Source: Myxococcales bacterium (GTDB taxonomy: Bacteria; Myxococcota_A; Polyangia; Polyangiales; DASUME01). Taken from it: a DNA stretch of 64,000 nt. Shown here in pieces: positions 39,616 to 48,964 of this stretch. How positions within the stretch are numbered: the stretch's first letter is position 1; the number at the start of each line of letters is the position of its first letter. Location: NCBI GenBank assembly GCA_047601445.1, contig JASGJH010000001.1:2048001-2112000 (forward strand), read 5' to 3'. Under the pieces are notes generated by a model. The model made no database searches. It worked only from the letters and a program-made list of their open reading frames with translations, and was not told the origin of the DNA. A program made the position numbers and the translations under genes.

Positions 39616-40892
39616 TGGGCGCTGTCTGGTTCGACGGCCTTGGGGTCTTCGGCCTGACCTAGCAAGCTCACCCGCCCAAAACCGGCGCGTCCCGTGACGC
39701 TCACGCGCAGCGCACCGTGCCGTCCGCAGAACGCCACCTCGGCCACCATCGCCGAGCTCTCGGCCTGGCCGTACAGGGAACCATCGAGTCCCTCGATGCG
39801 CAGGGTGGCGCGCGAGAGCCCGGGCTCCAGGAGCGCTCGCCAGCGCTCGCAGGCGCCGAGCGGAACCTTGTGCTCGAGCTCCACCACGGCGCCCTGCGAC
39901 AGGGGGAATTCCTGGGCGAACGTGGACTTGTCCGCGCCCTGGGTTGTTTGCTGGGCCGAGCTCGTCTGCTTGGCTGCCCGCCAGGCCTCGCGCGAGGGCG
40001 AAGGTTCGCCCAACCACATGGCGTGGGGCCCTCCGACGGCGGCCTGAGCCGCCCTGAAGCGGGCGATGCGCACCATGCCTTCGCCCGTGCTCGCGCTCAC
40101 CTCCAGCGCCAACTCACGCGCTTGGTCTGCACAGTACTGCAGCGACGCGAGGCGCTCCGCGGCGACCCCGTGACCGAGTTCGTTGTCGCCATCGAGCAAG
40201 CGCAGACTGACTCCGCCGAGTCCTGCGGCGCTCTCGGTGGCGACCGTGTAGCAATCGCCGGCGCGAGCCGAGATGGCCACACGCAACGGCTGCCCGGCGT
40301 TGAGCTGGGCCTCGACGCGCGGTCCTGCGTCCTCGAAGCCGCGCTTGTGCAGTGTCTTGGCGAGCTCGTTGAGGGCAGACTCGCGGGCGGGTTCGGAGAT
40401 GGTCAGCAAGTCATCGGTCTGGATGGCGGGTCTCACGAACTGCGCTGTCGCGTAGGCCCCGACGCCCTGGTAGGCGTGGAGCGAGTAGTAGCCGTCGACG
40501 CGCGTGTCCCCCGCGCACAGCATCAAGCTGGGCCGCGCGTCCGAGCCATCGTCTTCGAGCAGCGCCGTGCCATCCGAGCGATACAAGGAAGCGTCGAGGT
40601 CGATCACGCTCGGCGTGGCCACCGCCACGAAGCGGGCGCAGGTGTGAGGGTCGATGGTCACGGCCCGCGTGGCGCGGCCGTTGGTCGGGAGAAAGCCGCG
40701 ATCCTGGAAGGGAGCGCGCGTGAAGCCCTGATCCCGCAGCGCTCGGGCAGCGGCCTCGACGCGTAGTTCGAGCGCGTCTTCGGTGCCTTCGAGGGCAGTC
40801 ACGGGCGGCGGCGTCGTGCTCAGCACCGGGTTCGCACTCGCGCCCCCGCATCCCAGTCCCAGCACGCAGACGGCAAGCAAGCTCGCCTTCAT
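39609..40892 (-). CDS. Lipoprotein with tandem Cys-bracketed beta-sandwich (PPC-like) repeats
   Basis: Lipobox LGC; three repeats of C-x-x-(F/V)...D-x-D-x-x-L...C. Paralogous to the upstream gene. Confidence 0.65.
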   Translation of the reverse strand: MKASLLAVCVLGLGCGGASANPVLSTTPPPVTALEGTEDALELRVEAAARALRDQGFTRAPFQDRGFLPTNGRATRAVTIDPHTCARFVAVATPSVIDLDASLYRSDGTALLEDDGSDARPSLMLCAGDTRVDGYYSLHAYQGVGAYATAQFVRPAIQTDDLLTISEPARESALNELAKTLHKRGFEDAGPRVEAQLNAGQPLRVAISARAGDCYTVATESAAGLGGVSLRLLDGDNELGHGVAAERLASLQYCADQARELALEVSASTGEGMVRIARFRAAQAAVGGPHAMWLGEPSPSREAWRAAKQTSSAQQTTQGADKSTFAQEFPLSQGAVVELEHKVPLGACERWRALLEPGLSRATLRIEGLDGSLYGQAESSAMVAEVAFCGRHGALRVSVTGRAGFGRVSLLGQAEDPKAVEPDSAHH

Positions 40893-42241
40893 GGAGTCAC
40901 CATGCCCTGCTCGTGGGCCGGAGGTACGATGGGCGTCGTGCCTACCCACACGGAGACGGCGCCGTCTTGGCCGCGCGCGCGCAAGATGAGGCGAGCGCGC
41001 TGGTCGCGCGTCGCACAGGTGAACAAGAGGGGGACGTTGCGACGCCCTTCATTGCGCGCCACGAGCAGCCCCTCGGCGTCGATCAGTCTGACGTCCACAG
41101 CAGGTGCACCGCCCTCCGCAATACCAGCGAAGGCGTAGCAAAAGCCTGCCTTCAAGGACACCGGCCATGTGTGCGGCATGCTGGCCTCGACCCAGGCATC
41201 CCCAAGCGGCGCCAGCGTGAACCCGCGCGCCTTGGCCACCACGTTGGCCTCGGCCCAAGTCAGCGCGCGTGCGGCCCCCAGTGCCCGGATGGCCGGCGCG
41301 GAGGCCCCCTCGTGCTCGAACGCGCGCACGATGACCACGCCGCGCATGGGACGCGCCTGCACGCGCACGGAGTAGACCCCGGCGAGCTCGGTGCAGATGG
41401 GAAGCTCCACCCGGTCATCCTGGGCCGCCCGAGCGTCCCACTTGCGCTCGGAGGGGCTGGGCGCAGCGACCTCCACCAGCACGCCGCGCGAGACCGGCAC
41501 GTAGGCCACCACTCGATAGCAGCGCTGCGCCTCGAGGATGAGCCCCCCTTCCGCCACTCCAGCGCGCAGCTCGAGCGCGTTGGCCCGGCCTTGCGCGCGA
41601 TAGCCCAGCTCGCGCAGCGCGCTCTCGGCCTGCTCGAGCTTGAGGTCCAGCATCAGCTCGTCCGGAGCACCGCCCACGCCGCGCGTCTGCTCGGCACGGC
41701 CGCCGGCGCTGACGGCGAACTGGATTGCTTCGGGAAGTCGCTCCACGCCACGCGGACCGTCATCGACGCGCAGCAGCAGGAGCTCGCCGCGGCCAGCGTA
41801 GAGCGTGGCGCTGACGTACATCACGAGCCCGGCCGCGCCGCACACGCGCGCGTAGGCCAGCGGCTGTTGCGCAAGGTCTTCGGCGAGCGGTTGGCCCGCC
41901 CGCGTATGCACCGCTAGGTCCACGTCGCGCACCTCGCCCGTACCCAGCGCCAAGAACCCAACGCATTCGTCGCGCTCGAGGCGAACTTCGTGCACCGAGG
42001 CTTCGCTTTCGAACAGGAACGCGCGCGCAACCTCCGATACGCCCGAGGCCCCATGCTCGAGGAGGTGACGTTTCACGGCTGGCAACAGCGCGTCGAGGTG
42101 ATGCTCCGTTGTCGCGGGGCGCACCGCAGGAGCCGGTGAGGTTCGCTGACCTCCGCGTGTCTCGGCTGCGGCGGGACTCAGGGCCGCCCACCAGCACAAA
42201 CCGCCGAGCAACCAGGTCGAGAACCGCCGCGTTGATTTCAC
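40889..42241 (-). CDS. Secreted protein with tandem Cys-bracketed beta-sandwich (PPC-like) repeats
   Basis: Signal peptide; repeats ECVGFLA..DVDLAV, RCYRVVA, FCYAFAG..VDVRL. Confidence 0.65.
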   Translation of the reverse strand: MKSTRRFSTWLLGGLCWWAALSPAAAETRGGQRTSPAPAVRPATTEHHLDALLPAVKRHLLEHGASGVSEVARAFLFESEASVHEVRLERDECVGFLALGTGEVRDVDLAVHTRAGQPLAEDLAQQPLAYARVCGAAGLVMYVSATLYAGRGELLLLRVDDGPRGVERLPEAIQFAVSAGGRAEQTRGVGGAPDELMLDLKLEQAESALRELGYRAQGRANALELRAGVAEGGLILEAQRCYRVVAYVPVSRGVLVEVAAPSPSERKWDARAAQDDRVELPICTELAGVYSVRVQARPMRGVVIVRAFEHEGASAPAIRALGAARALTWAEANVVAKARGFTLAPLGDAWVEASMPHTWPVSLKAGFCYAFAGIAEGGAPAVDVRLIDAEGLLVARNEGRRNVPLLFTCATRDQRARLILRARGQDGAVSVWVGTTPIVPPAHEQGMVTP

Positions 42242-43176
42242 TTGGGCTTGGCTTGCGCGCCGTCGCTGGTCTTACTGGCCTGCGCGCGCGCCACGATGGA
42301 AGCGATGGCTTCGTTGGCGGCCTTGCGCACCGAGGGCGGCGACCCCGGCGCGGCATAGGGCCTGAGCTTGGGCGTGGCGTCGGACGTACCCACCTGGCCC
42401 AGCGCCGCGATCAGTCGCAGCCGTTGCGCTTGATCTTGGTTCGCGGCGGCCAGCAGCTTGAACAGCGCATCGCTCTTCTGGGGACTCTTGATGGCCGCGA
42501 TGGAATTGGTGACTTCCGCCTTCTCCTCGTCGTCGCGCTCCCCCTTGGACACGTACTGCACCAGCGGCTCGAGAGCGGCCGGATCGCCGATGCGCCCCAG
42601 GCTCAGCACCGCCGAGACGCGCACCGAGCGCACGGGATCGGAGAGCAGGCGAATCACGTCGTGGGTCACGCGAGGCTCACCGATCACGCCGAGCGCCTGC
42701 ACCGACCACTCTCGCACCGCGGGTTCCGAATCGGACAAGTGACGGACCAACGCATCGATGGCCGAGGGGTCCGGCAAGCGCCAGAGGGCCGCCGCCGCCA
42801 CCACACGCACGTCGGGACTCTTGTCTTCGAGGGCCGCAATCAAGTCGGGCACCGCGTCTCGCACGCCAAGCCGGCCCAGGGCTCTGCCCGCCGCAGCGCG
42901 CACCAGCGGCTCGGGATCGCTCTTGAGCAGTGGGCGCAGCACATTGGCGATCTCGTGCCGGACGCGATAGCCGCGACGCCCCATCTCGTCCGCCGCGGAC
43001 GCGCGATCGGCGGCGTTGGGAGACTTGAGGCGCTCGAGGGCAGAACGAAAGGCTTCTTCGTTCTGCCCGCCCGGGACCTGGGCTGGTGCCGGAGCCTGCG
43101 CCCGCGCCGAACCCGCACCAGCCAGCGTCGCCCCCAGCAAGCAGCCGCACAAAGACAAGCGAATTACCCAGCCCAT
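42238..43176 (-). CDS. Secreted HEAT-repeat protein
   Basis: Signal peptide; six or more L-x-D-x-x-x-x-V-R-x-x-A repeats. Confidence 0.85.
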   Translation of the reverse strand: MGWVIRLSLCGCLLGATLAGAGSARAQAPAPAQVPGGQNEEAFRSALERLKSPNAADRASAADEMGRRGYRVRHEIANVLRPLLKSDPEPLVRAAAGRALGRLGVRDAVPDLIAALEDKSPDVRVVAAAALWRLPDPSAIDALVRHLSDSEPAVREWSVQALGVIGEPRVTHDVIRLLSDPVRSVRVSAVLSLGRIGDPAALEPLVQYVSKGERDDEEKAEVTNSIAAIKSPQKSDALFKLLAAANQDQAQRLRLIAALGQVGTSDATPKLRPYAAPGSPPSVRKAANEAIASIVARAQASKTSDGAQAKPK

Positions 43177-43286
43177 GCTCCCCGACCTCGTCGACCCATC
43201 TTCCGCTCGGCCTGGCGCGTCCTCGCGCCCACCGAGCCGGGTCGCACCCTCCCACGACGCGAGGCCGTCGTCATGATTCAGGGGAC

Positions 43287-45068
43287 TCATCGACCCGGCT
43301 TCGCGCGGGTGGAGGTCTCGCCCTTACCGGGAGCCGGCAAACGTGCGGTAGACAACACATCTCGCACCGAAGGTAGGGCACTGAGCGCGCGAACCACCGG
43401 TTCGGCGGCGTCCTGGATGCCGCCCAGGACGCGAGATAGCTCGGTCTCGAGCTCCTCGACCCGTTGCCGCACCTGCTGAAGCTCGGCCTCGGCCTCGGCC
43501 GTGACGATACCGAGTCGCCCTTTGAGCTGCGCGACCTGGAAGTTGAGGTCTTCCCGCTCCCGCTCGGCCGAATGCACGCGTGCACGCAGCGCGGGCAGCT
43601 GCGCCTCCGCCTCGAGCCAAAGCGCCGCCTGTCCTCCGATTTGGCGCAGGCGCTCGGCCAGGGCAGTGTTCATCGCCAGACGTCCGACGCGCGGCTGCGC
43701 CAGCTCGTACACCGCGGAGAACAGTGGCTGAGCCAGCTCGTTCAAGCGCGACTCGGCTTGCGCATAGCCCTCGGCGGCGTCGGCGATACGGCGTGCCACG
43801 CGCGACTCATCTTGCCCCAGTTCATCGACCGCGCGGCCCATCCGCAGACGCGAGGCACGCACGTGATCCTCGTGCTCCTTGGCCCGCAGCAAGTTGTCCC
43901 CGAGTTCCTTGCGCATGGCGCGCGCGCGGTTCACCAACTGTTGCAGCTCGGTCATGCTGGCCCGCACCTCGTTCGGCGGGCTGCCGCTCGGATAGGCGCG
44001 GGGCAACATGTCCTGATACAGGTCCACGCGCGCAGCCCAGCTCTCCTCGGCGGCGTCGAGCCACGGCTGCGTGGCCTGCGGCTCGATCATCGGAACGGAC
44101 ATCATCCCGGAGCGTCGCGGTGGACGCGAAGGGCGGCTGCCTTGCAGCTCGTCCAGGATGGAACTCAGCTCGTCGGCCAAGTGGTACGCGTCGGAGAAGC
44201 GCTCCCCCGGGTGCTTGGCGAGCATGCGCAGCACGAGCGCGTCGATCTTGCCTCGCAGCGGCAGATCCGGGCGCAGCGACGACGGTGGACTCGGCGGCAC
44301 CTGCAGGTGCTTGAGCACCACCTCCGGGCTCGGCCCCTCGAACGGCAAACTGCCCGTCAGCATCTCGTAGAGCACGCAGCCGAGGGCGTACTGGTCCGCC
44401 TGACCCGTCAACGGCTCGCCTCGCGCCTGCTCCGGCGCCAGGTACTCGGGGGTGCCGAAGACCTTCCCGGTGGCGGTGAGCCGGTGTTCGCCGACCACCT
44501 TTGCCAAACCGAAATCCAGCAGCTTCACGAAGTCCGCGCCGCGCCGCTGCTGTACGAAGACGTTGTCGGGCTTGACGTCGCGGTGGATCACGTCGAGTTC
44601 GTGGGCGCGTGCCAGCGCCGTGGCCAACTGGTGGGCAATGGTCAGCGCTCGAACCGGCTCCAGCGGGCCCGCTCCGATGACCTTGCCGAGCGGCTCGCCC
44701 TCCAGGTACTCCATCACCAGGAAGACCAGACCATCGGAGGTCTCGCCAAAGTCCGTGATGTCGATGATGTGCTCGTGATCGATGCGGTTGGCGGCTCTGG
44801 CTTCGCGCAAGAAACGCTCGCGTGCAGCCGGATCACGGGCATAGCGGGGTGACAGGAACTTGAGCGCGACATCGCGGCCCACCAGCTGATGGCGACCTCG
44901 ATAGACCGCCCCCATGCCGCCCGTGCCGATTAACTCGGACACCACGTAGCGCCCGCCGATCGTGCGACCGACAAGGGGATCGGGCAGCGGCTCGAGCTGC
45001 GTGCCGTCGAACGGACAAACCCGTGCCTCAGATGTGAATCGTGATTGGCAGACCGGGCAGTGCTGCAA
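43287..45068 (-). CDS. Hanks-type Ser/Thr protein kinase with N-terminal zinc ribbon and C-terminal coiled coil
   Basis: IGTGGMG, VALK, HRDVKPDN, DFG, GTPEYLAPE; N-terminal CPVC...CPFDG. Start uncertain (TTG 45068 or 45131). Confidence 0.93.
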   Translation of the reverse strand: MQHCPVCQSRFTSEARVCPFDGTQLEPLPDPLVGRTIGGRYVVSELIGTGGMGAVYRGRHQLVGRDVALKFLSPRYARDPAARERFLREARAANRIDHEHIIDITDFGETSDGLVFLVMEYLEGEPLGKVIGAGPLEPVRALTIAHQLATALARAHELDVIHRDVKPDNVFVQQRRGADFVKLLDFGLAKVVGEHRLTATGKVFGTPEYLAPEQARGEPLTGQADQYALGCVLYEMLTGSLPFEGPSPEVVLKHLQVPPSPPSSLRPDLPLRGKIDALVLRMLAKHPGERFSDAYHLADELSSILDELQGSRPSRPPRRSGMMSVPMIEPQATQPWLDAAEESWAARVDLYQDMLPRAYPSGSPPNEVRASMTELQQLVNRARAMRKELGDNLLRAKEHEDHVRASRLRMGRAVDELGQDESRVARRIADAAEGYAQAESRLNELAQPLFSAVYELAQPRVGRLAMNTALAERLRQIGGQAALWLEAEAQLPALRARVHSAEREREDLNFQVAQLKGRLGIVTAEAEAELQQVRQRVEELETELSRVLGGIQDAAEPVVRALSALPSVRDVLSTARLPAPGKGETSTRAKPGR

Positions 45069-45142
45069 CGGATCCCCCTCAAACACGTCGAGCGAGCGAA
45101 GACGATAGCGCTCATGGGAATGCCCGAGCAACTGAGCAGGAG

Positions 45143-45174
45143 ATTCTTGACTTTTCCGATGGGTGAACTAGGGT
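45143..45174 (+). promoter_or_regulatory. Putative promoter / Rrf2 operator of the sulfur operon
   Basis: TTGACT-N16-TAGGGT. The ATTCTTGACT half-site resembles IscR/CymR-type boxes. Confidence 0.35.
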
Positions 45175-45197
45175 TGTCCGGTTTTCGTGAGGTCTGC

Positions 45198-45656
45198 GTG
45201 AAGCTCTCCAGCCGGGGTCGCTACAGCGTCCGTGCCATGTTCGATATCGCGTTCCACGGCGAAGGCGCCGCGGCGCAGATCAAGGACATCGCCGAGCGCC
45301 AGGGCATCCCGCCGCGGTTCCTGGAGCAGATCTTCCAGGACCTGAGGCGAGCAGGCCTGGTCTCGAGCAAGCGCGGCCCCCGCGGCGGCTACCACCTCGC
45401 CCGAGCTGCCCGTGAGATTTCGGTGGGCGAAATCGTGCGCGCTGTGGAAGGGCCCCTGAGCCTGTGCGCCGGGGAGGAAGACGCAGCAGATAGCGGCGAC
45501 GTCGCGAGCATCGGGGTCACCGAGAACATGTTCCGCGACCTATCCGCGCGCGTGGCCGCCTGTTTCGACCAGGTCACGCTCGAGGACCTCTCGGACCAGG
45601 CCCAGCGCCAAGGTGTTCGCCGGGGCAATCCCGGCGGCTATGTCTACGTCATCTAG
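45198..45656 (+). CDS. Rrf2-family regulator, CymR-like
   Basis: IAERQGIPPRFLEQI, SKRGPRGGYHL. Lacks the IscR three-Cys motif; ends YVYVI; directly upstream of cysK. Confidence 0.9.
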   Translation: MKLSSRGRYSVRAMFDIAFHGEGAAAQIKDIAERQGIPPRFLEQIFQDLRRAGLVSSKRGPRGGYHLARAAREISVGEIVRAVEGPLSLCAGEEDAADSGDVASIGVTENMFRDLSARVAACFDQVTLEDLSDQAQRQGVRRGNPGGYVYVI

Positions 45657-45671
45657 TAGAGTTCGAACCCC

Positions 45672-46598
45672 ATGACAGCTCCGGTCGTCGACAACGTCCT
45701 CTCTCTCATCGGCAACACGCCCCTGGTGCGCCTGCGACGGGTCGTGCCGGAAGGCGCCGCGGCGGTGTGGGCGAAGTGTGAGCAGCTGAATCCCGGCGGA
45801 TCGGTCAAAGACCGCATCGCGCTTGCGATGATCGAAGCGGCGGAGCGCGACGGCAGACTCAAGCCCGGGGACACGGTGGTGGAGCCCACCAGCGGCAACA
45901 CCGGCATCGGTCTGGCCCTGGTGTGCGCGCGCAAGGGCTACAAGCTCGTGCTGACCATGCCCGAAAGCATGTCGCTCGAGCGCCGCGCGCTGCTGGAGGC
46001 CTATGGGGTCGAGATCGTGCTCACGGCGGCCGAGCGCGTGATGGAAGGGGCCATCGAGGCCGCCCAGGAAATCCTGGCCGAGCGCAAGGCCTTCATGCCG
46101 AGTCAGTTCGACAACCCCGAGAATCCGAACGCCCATCGCCGGCAAACGGCCCAGGAGATTTTGGCGGCGCTCGAGGGCGAACCGCTGCACGCGCTGGTGG
46201 CCGCGGTGGGCACGGGTGGAACCGTAAGCGGCGTGGGCGAGGAGCTCAAGGCCAAGCACCCGAGCCTCAAGGTGATCGCTGTGGAGCCCGAGGCGAGCCC
46301 CGTGCTGGCGGGCGGCGAGCCAGGTCCCACCAAGATTCAGGGCATCGGCGCAGGCTTCGTCCCGGGCAACTTCCATCACCAGGTGGTGGACGAGATCCGC
46401 CAGGTGGCCGATCGAGATGCCTACGAGATGAAGATCCGGCTAGCCAAGGAAGAAGGCCTGCTGGTGGGTATCAGCGCCGGCGCCAACGTGCGCGTGGCCG
46501 CGCAGCTGGCCAAGGAGTTGGGCCCCGGAAAAACGGTGGTCACGGTGCTGTGCGACACCGGTGAGCGCTACTTCAGCCTGGACGAGTACTTCAAGTGA
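45672..46598 (+). CDS. cysK: Cysteine synthase A
   Basis: NPGGSVKDR (PLP Lys), EPTSGNTG, GTGGT, KIQGIGAG and DTGERY motifs. Confidence 0.93.
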   Translation: MTAPVVDNVLSLIGNTPLVRLRRVVPEGAAAVWAKCEQLNPGGSVKDRIALAMIEAAERDGRLKPGDTVVEPTSGNTGIGLALVCARKGYKLVLTMPESMSLERRALLEAYGVEIVLTAAERVMEGAIEAAQEILAERKAFMPSQFDNPENPNAHRRQTAQEILAALEGEPLHALVAAVGTGGTVSGVGEELKAKHPSLKVIAVEPEASPVLAGGEPGPTKIQGIGAGFVPGNFHHQVVDEIRQVADRDAYEMKIRLAKEEGLLVGISAGANVRVAAQLAKELGPGKTVVTVLCDTGERYFSLDEYFK

Positions 46599-47344
46599 AC
46601 GCAACGGCACAGACAGTCACGAGCGCCGCGGATGGACGCGGCGTGCTGGTGATCGGAGTCGGCGGACTCTCGTCACCCGCGCTGTCCGTGCTGGTGGAAA
46701 GCGGCGTGCGACGTCTGACGCTGATCGACGCGGACCGCGTGGACGAGACCAACTTGCAGCGCCAAACCCTGTTCTCCGAGGCCGACGTTGGCCGCCCCAA
46801 GGTGGAAGCCGCCGCGGAACGCCTGCGCTCGCTGAGCCCGGAGCCGCTGCAGCTGGAGCTCATCGAGGGCCGTTTTGCCCCCGAAAACGCCCGGGACGTC
46901 GTGGCGGGACATCGCTTGGTGCTCGAAGGAGCCGACAACTACGCCACCAAGTTCCTGGCGGCGGACACCGCCAAGCTCGAAGGACTATCGGTGGTACAGG
47001 CCGGCGCCGTACGACTCTCGGGGTGGGCCCTGGCGGCCCTGCCCGATGCAGGTCCCTGTCTGCGCTGCGTGTTCGAAGACATCCCACGCGGACAGCCCGA
47101 GACCTGCGCGGTCGCGGGCGTGCTCGGTCCGGTGGTGGGCGTGCTCGGTGCGCTCGAAGCGGCCCTCGCGGTTCAGCTCCTGCTCGGTCAGACTCGCGCC
47201 GCCGGCGTGCTCTGGAGCTACGATGCGCCGGCCGGGCGCCTGCGCAGGCGTCGTGTGTCCCCCAGGGCAGGCTGCGCGCTGTGCAGCGGCGAAATCACCA
47301 CGCTCGACCTCGAGCGCTACGACAGCAACCACTGCGCTGCCTAG
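46595..47344 (+). CDS. ThiF/MoeB-family adenylyltransferase (E1), lacking the N-terminal Arg-finger segment and rhodanese domain
   Basis: VIGVGGLS, DADRVDETNLQRQ, GADN, zinc pairs CLRC/CALC, central Cys in ETCAVAG. Confidence 0.9.
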   Translation: MNATAQTVTSAADGRGVLVIGVGGLSSPALSVLVESGVRRLTLIDADRVDETNLQRQTLFSEADVGRPKVEAAAERLRSLSPEPLQLELIEGRFAPENARDVVAGHRLVLEGADNYATKFLAADTAKLEGLSVVQAGAVRLSGWALAALPDAGPCLRCVFEDIPRGQPETCAVAGVLGPVVGVLGALEAALAVQLLLGQTRAAGVLWSYDAPAGRLRRRRVSPRAGCALCSGEITTLDLERYDSNHCAA

Positions 47345-47376
47345 CGGCGCAAACACCTTCTGCAAAGGAGCCATCG

Positions 47377-47652
47377 ATGCCTATTACCGTTCGAATCCCA
47401 ACCCCCCTGCGCACCCTCACCGGCGGAGCCGACGAAGTCACCATCGAAGGCGGCAACGTCGGAGAGGTCATCGAGAACCTCGAAAAAAAGCACCCGGGCA
47501 TCAAGGAGCGTCTCTGCGACGAAAAGGGCAACGTACGCCGCTTCGTCAACGTCTACGCCAACGAAGAGGACATCCGCTTCCTCGACAACCTGGCGACGAC
47601 TCTCAAAGAGGGCGACTCGGTGAGCATCGTCCCCGCCATCGCGGGCGGCTGA
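47377..47652 (+). CDS. MoaD/ThiS/CysO-type ubiquitin-fold sulfur carrier
   Basis: AAGGAG RBS; VRIPTPLR...FVNVYANEEDIRFL...VPAIAGG with free C-terminal GG. Confidence 0.92.
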   Translation: MPITVRIPTPLRTLTGGADEVTIEGGNVGEVIENLEKKHPGIKERLCDEKGNVRRFVNVYANEEDIRFLDNLATTLKEGDSVSIVPAIAGG

Positions 47653-47666
47653 AGGAAGAACTCGTC

Positions 47667-48041
47667 GTGCCGCTCAACGCTCGCCAGCGCACTCGCTATG
47701 CACGCCACCTGCTCCTGCCCGAAGTGGGCCTTGTGGGGCAGGAGCGTCTGGTGGAAGCGCGTTTGGGGCTGGGCGAGAGCGCCGATCCGCGCGCTGCCAA
47801 GGTGGCGCAGCTGTATCTCGAGCGGGCCGGCGTGAGCGTGGAGAGCGACGCTGCGCTGCGCGTTCGAGTGGCCGACACCGACTCGGTCCGCCGCCTGGCG
47901 GGAAGCCCCGCGCTCGAGCCAGCGGCAGCGGCACTAGCGGGCGCGCTCGGCGCCGTGGAAGCCATCAAAGAAGTGTTGCAGTTGGGAGCCAAAGGCGACG
48001 TGTCGCTGGCTCCGCTGTCTCTGGTACCGGAGGACGTGTGA
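47667..48041 (+). CDS. Minimal inactive ThiF/MoeB-like protein (pseudo-E1)
   Basis: 124 aa from GTG after GAAGGAAG. Has RYARHLLLPEVGLVGQERL, LYLERAGV and GALGAVEAIK, but no GxGxxG, NLxRQ or zinc Cys. Confidence 0.75.
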   Translation: MPLNARQRTRYARHLLLPEVGLVGQERLVEARLGLGESADPRAAKVAQLYLERAGVSVESDAALRVRVADTDSVRRLAGSPALEPAAAALAGALGAVEAIKEVLQLGAKGDVSLAPLSLVPEDV

Positions 48042-48964
48042 GCCGCTTCAAGCGCATCGATTCGATCGTCGAGGCCGTGGGCAACACGCCGTTGGTGCGC
48101 CTGCGCAGCATCGAGCGCGACGCCCCCGGCGTGAAGATCTACCTCAAGCTCGAGTACACCAACCCGGGTGGCTCGGTGAAAGACCGCCCTGCCCTGCAGA
48201 TGCTCACCGATGCGATCAAGGACGGGCGCTTCACCAGGGACAAGATCCTCGTGGACGCCACCAGCGGCAACACGGGCGTCGCGCTCTCTTTATTCGGCGC
48301 TTGCCTCGGCTACCGCATCGCGCTGGTGATGCCTTCCAACGTCTCGCAAGCCCGCAAGAACATCACCCAGGCCTTCGGCACCCAGCTCATCTACAGCGAT
48401 CCCATGGAGGGCTCCGACGGCGCCATCCGCCTGGTGCGCAAGCTGGTGGCCGAGGAACCCGACAAGTACTTCTACTCGGACCAGTACTCGAACCCGAGCA
48501 ACCCCAGGGCACATTACCTCGGGACCGGTCGGGAGATCCTCGAGCAGGTGGGCGACGAGATCACCCACTTCGTGACCGGACTCGGCACCAGCGGCACCAT
48601 GATGGGGACCACCCGTCGTCTGCGGGAGCACTCGCGGAAGATCACCTGCATCGCCGCCGAGCCCGCGGAGGCGCTGCATGGCCTTGAGGGGCTCAAGCAC
48701 ATGCCGAGCTCCATCGTGCCGAACATTTACGACCCGAACCTCGCCGACGAGCTCTTGCCCGTGCCCACCGAGGGCGGCTGGGACATGGCGGACCGCCTCG
48801 CGCGCGAGGAAGGACTGCACGTGGGGCACTCGACCGGCGCCAACGTGTGGGCCGCGCTCACCGTGGCCAAGCGAGTCAAAGAAGGCTGCGTGGTGACCAT
48901 CGCCTGCGACCGCGGCGACCGCTACTTCGCTCCGATGCGCTGGGAGAAGCAGTATGAGTGGTGA
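48038..48964 (+). CDS. cysM: Cysteine synthase B / CysM-like PLP enzyme
   Basis: NPGGSVKDR, ATSGNTG, GTSGT, DRGDRY. Lies between the carrier and JAMM genes, recalling mycobacterial mec-cysO-cysM. Confidence 0.75.
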   Translation: MSRFKRIDSIVEAVGNTPLVRLRSIERDAPGVKIYLKLEYTNPGGSVKDRPALQMLTDAIKDGRFTRDKILVDATSGNTGVALSLFGACLGYRIALVMPSNVSQARKNITQAFGTQLIYSDPMEGSDGAIRLVRKLVAEEPDKYFYSDQYSNPSNPRAHYLGTGREILEQVGDEITHFVTGLGTSGTMMGTTRRLREHSRKITCIAAEPAEALHGLEGLKHMPSSIVPNIYDPNLADELLPVPTEGGWDMADRLAREEGLHVGHSTGANVWAALTVAKRVKEGCVVTIACDRGDRYFAPMRWEKQYEW

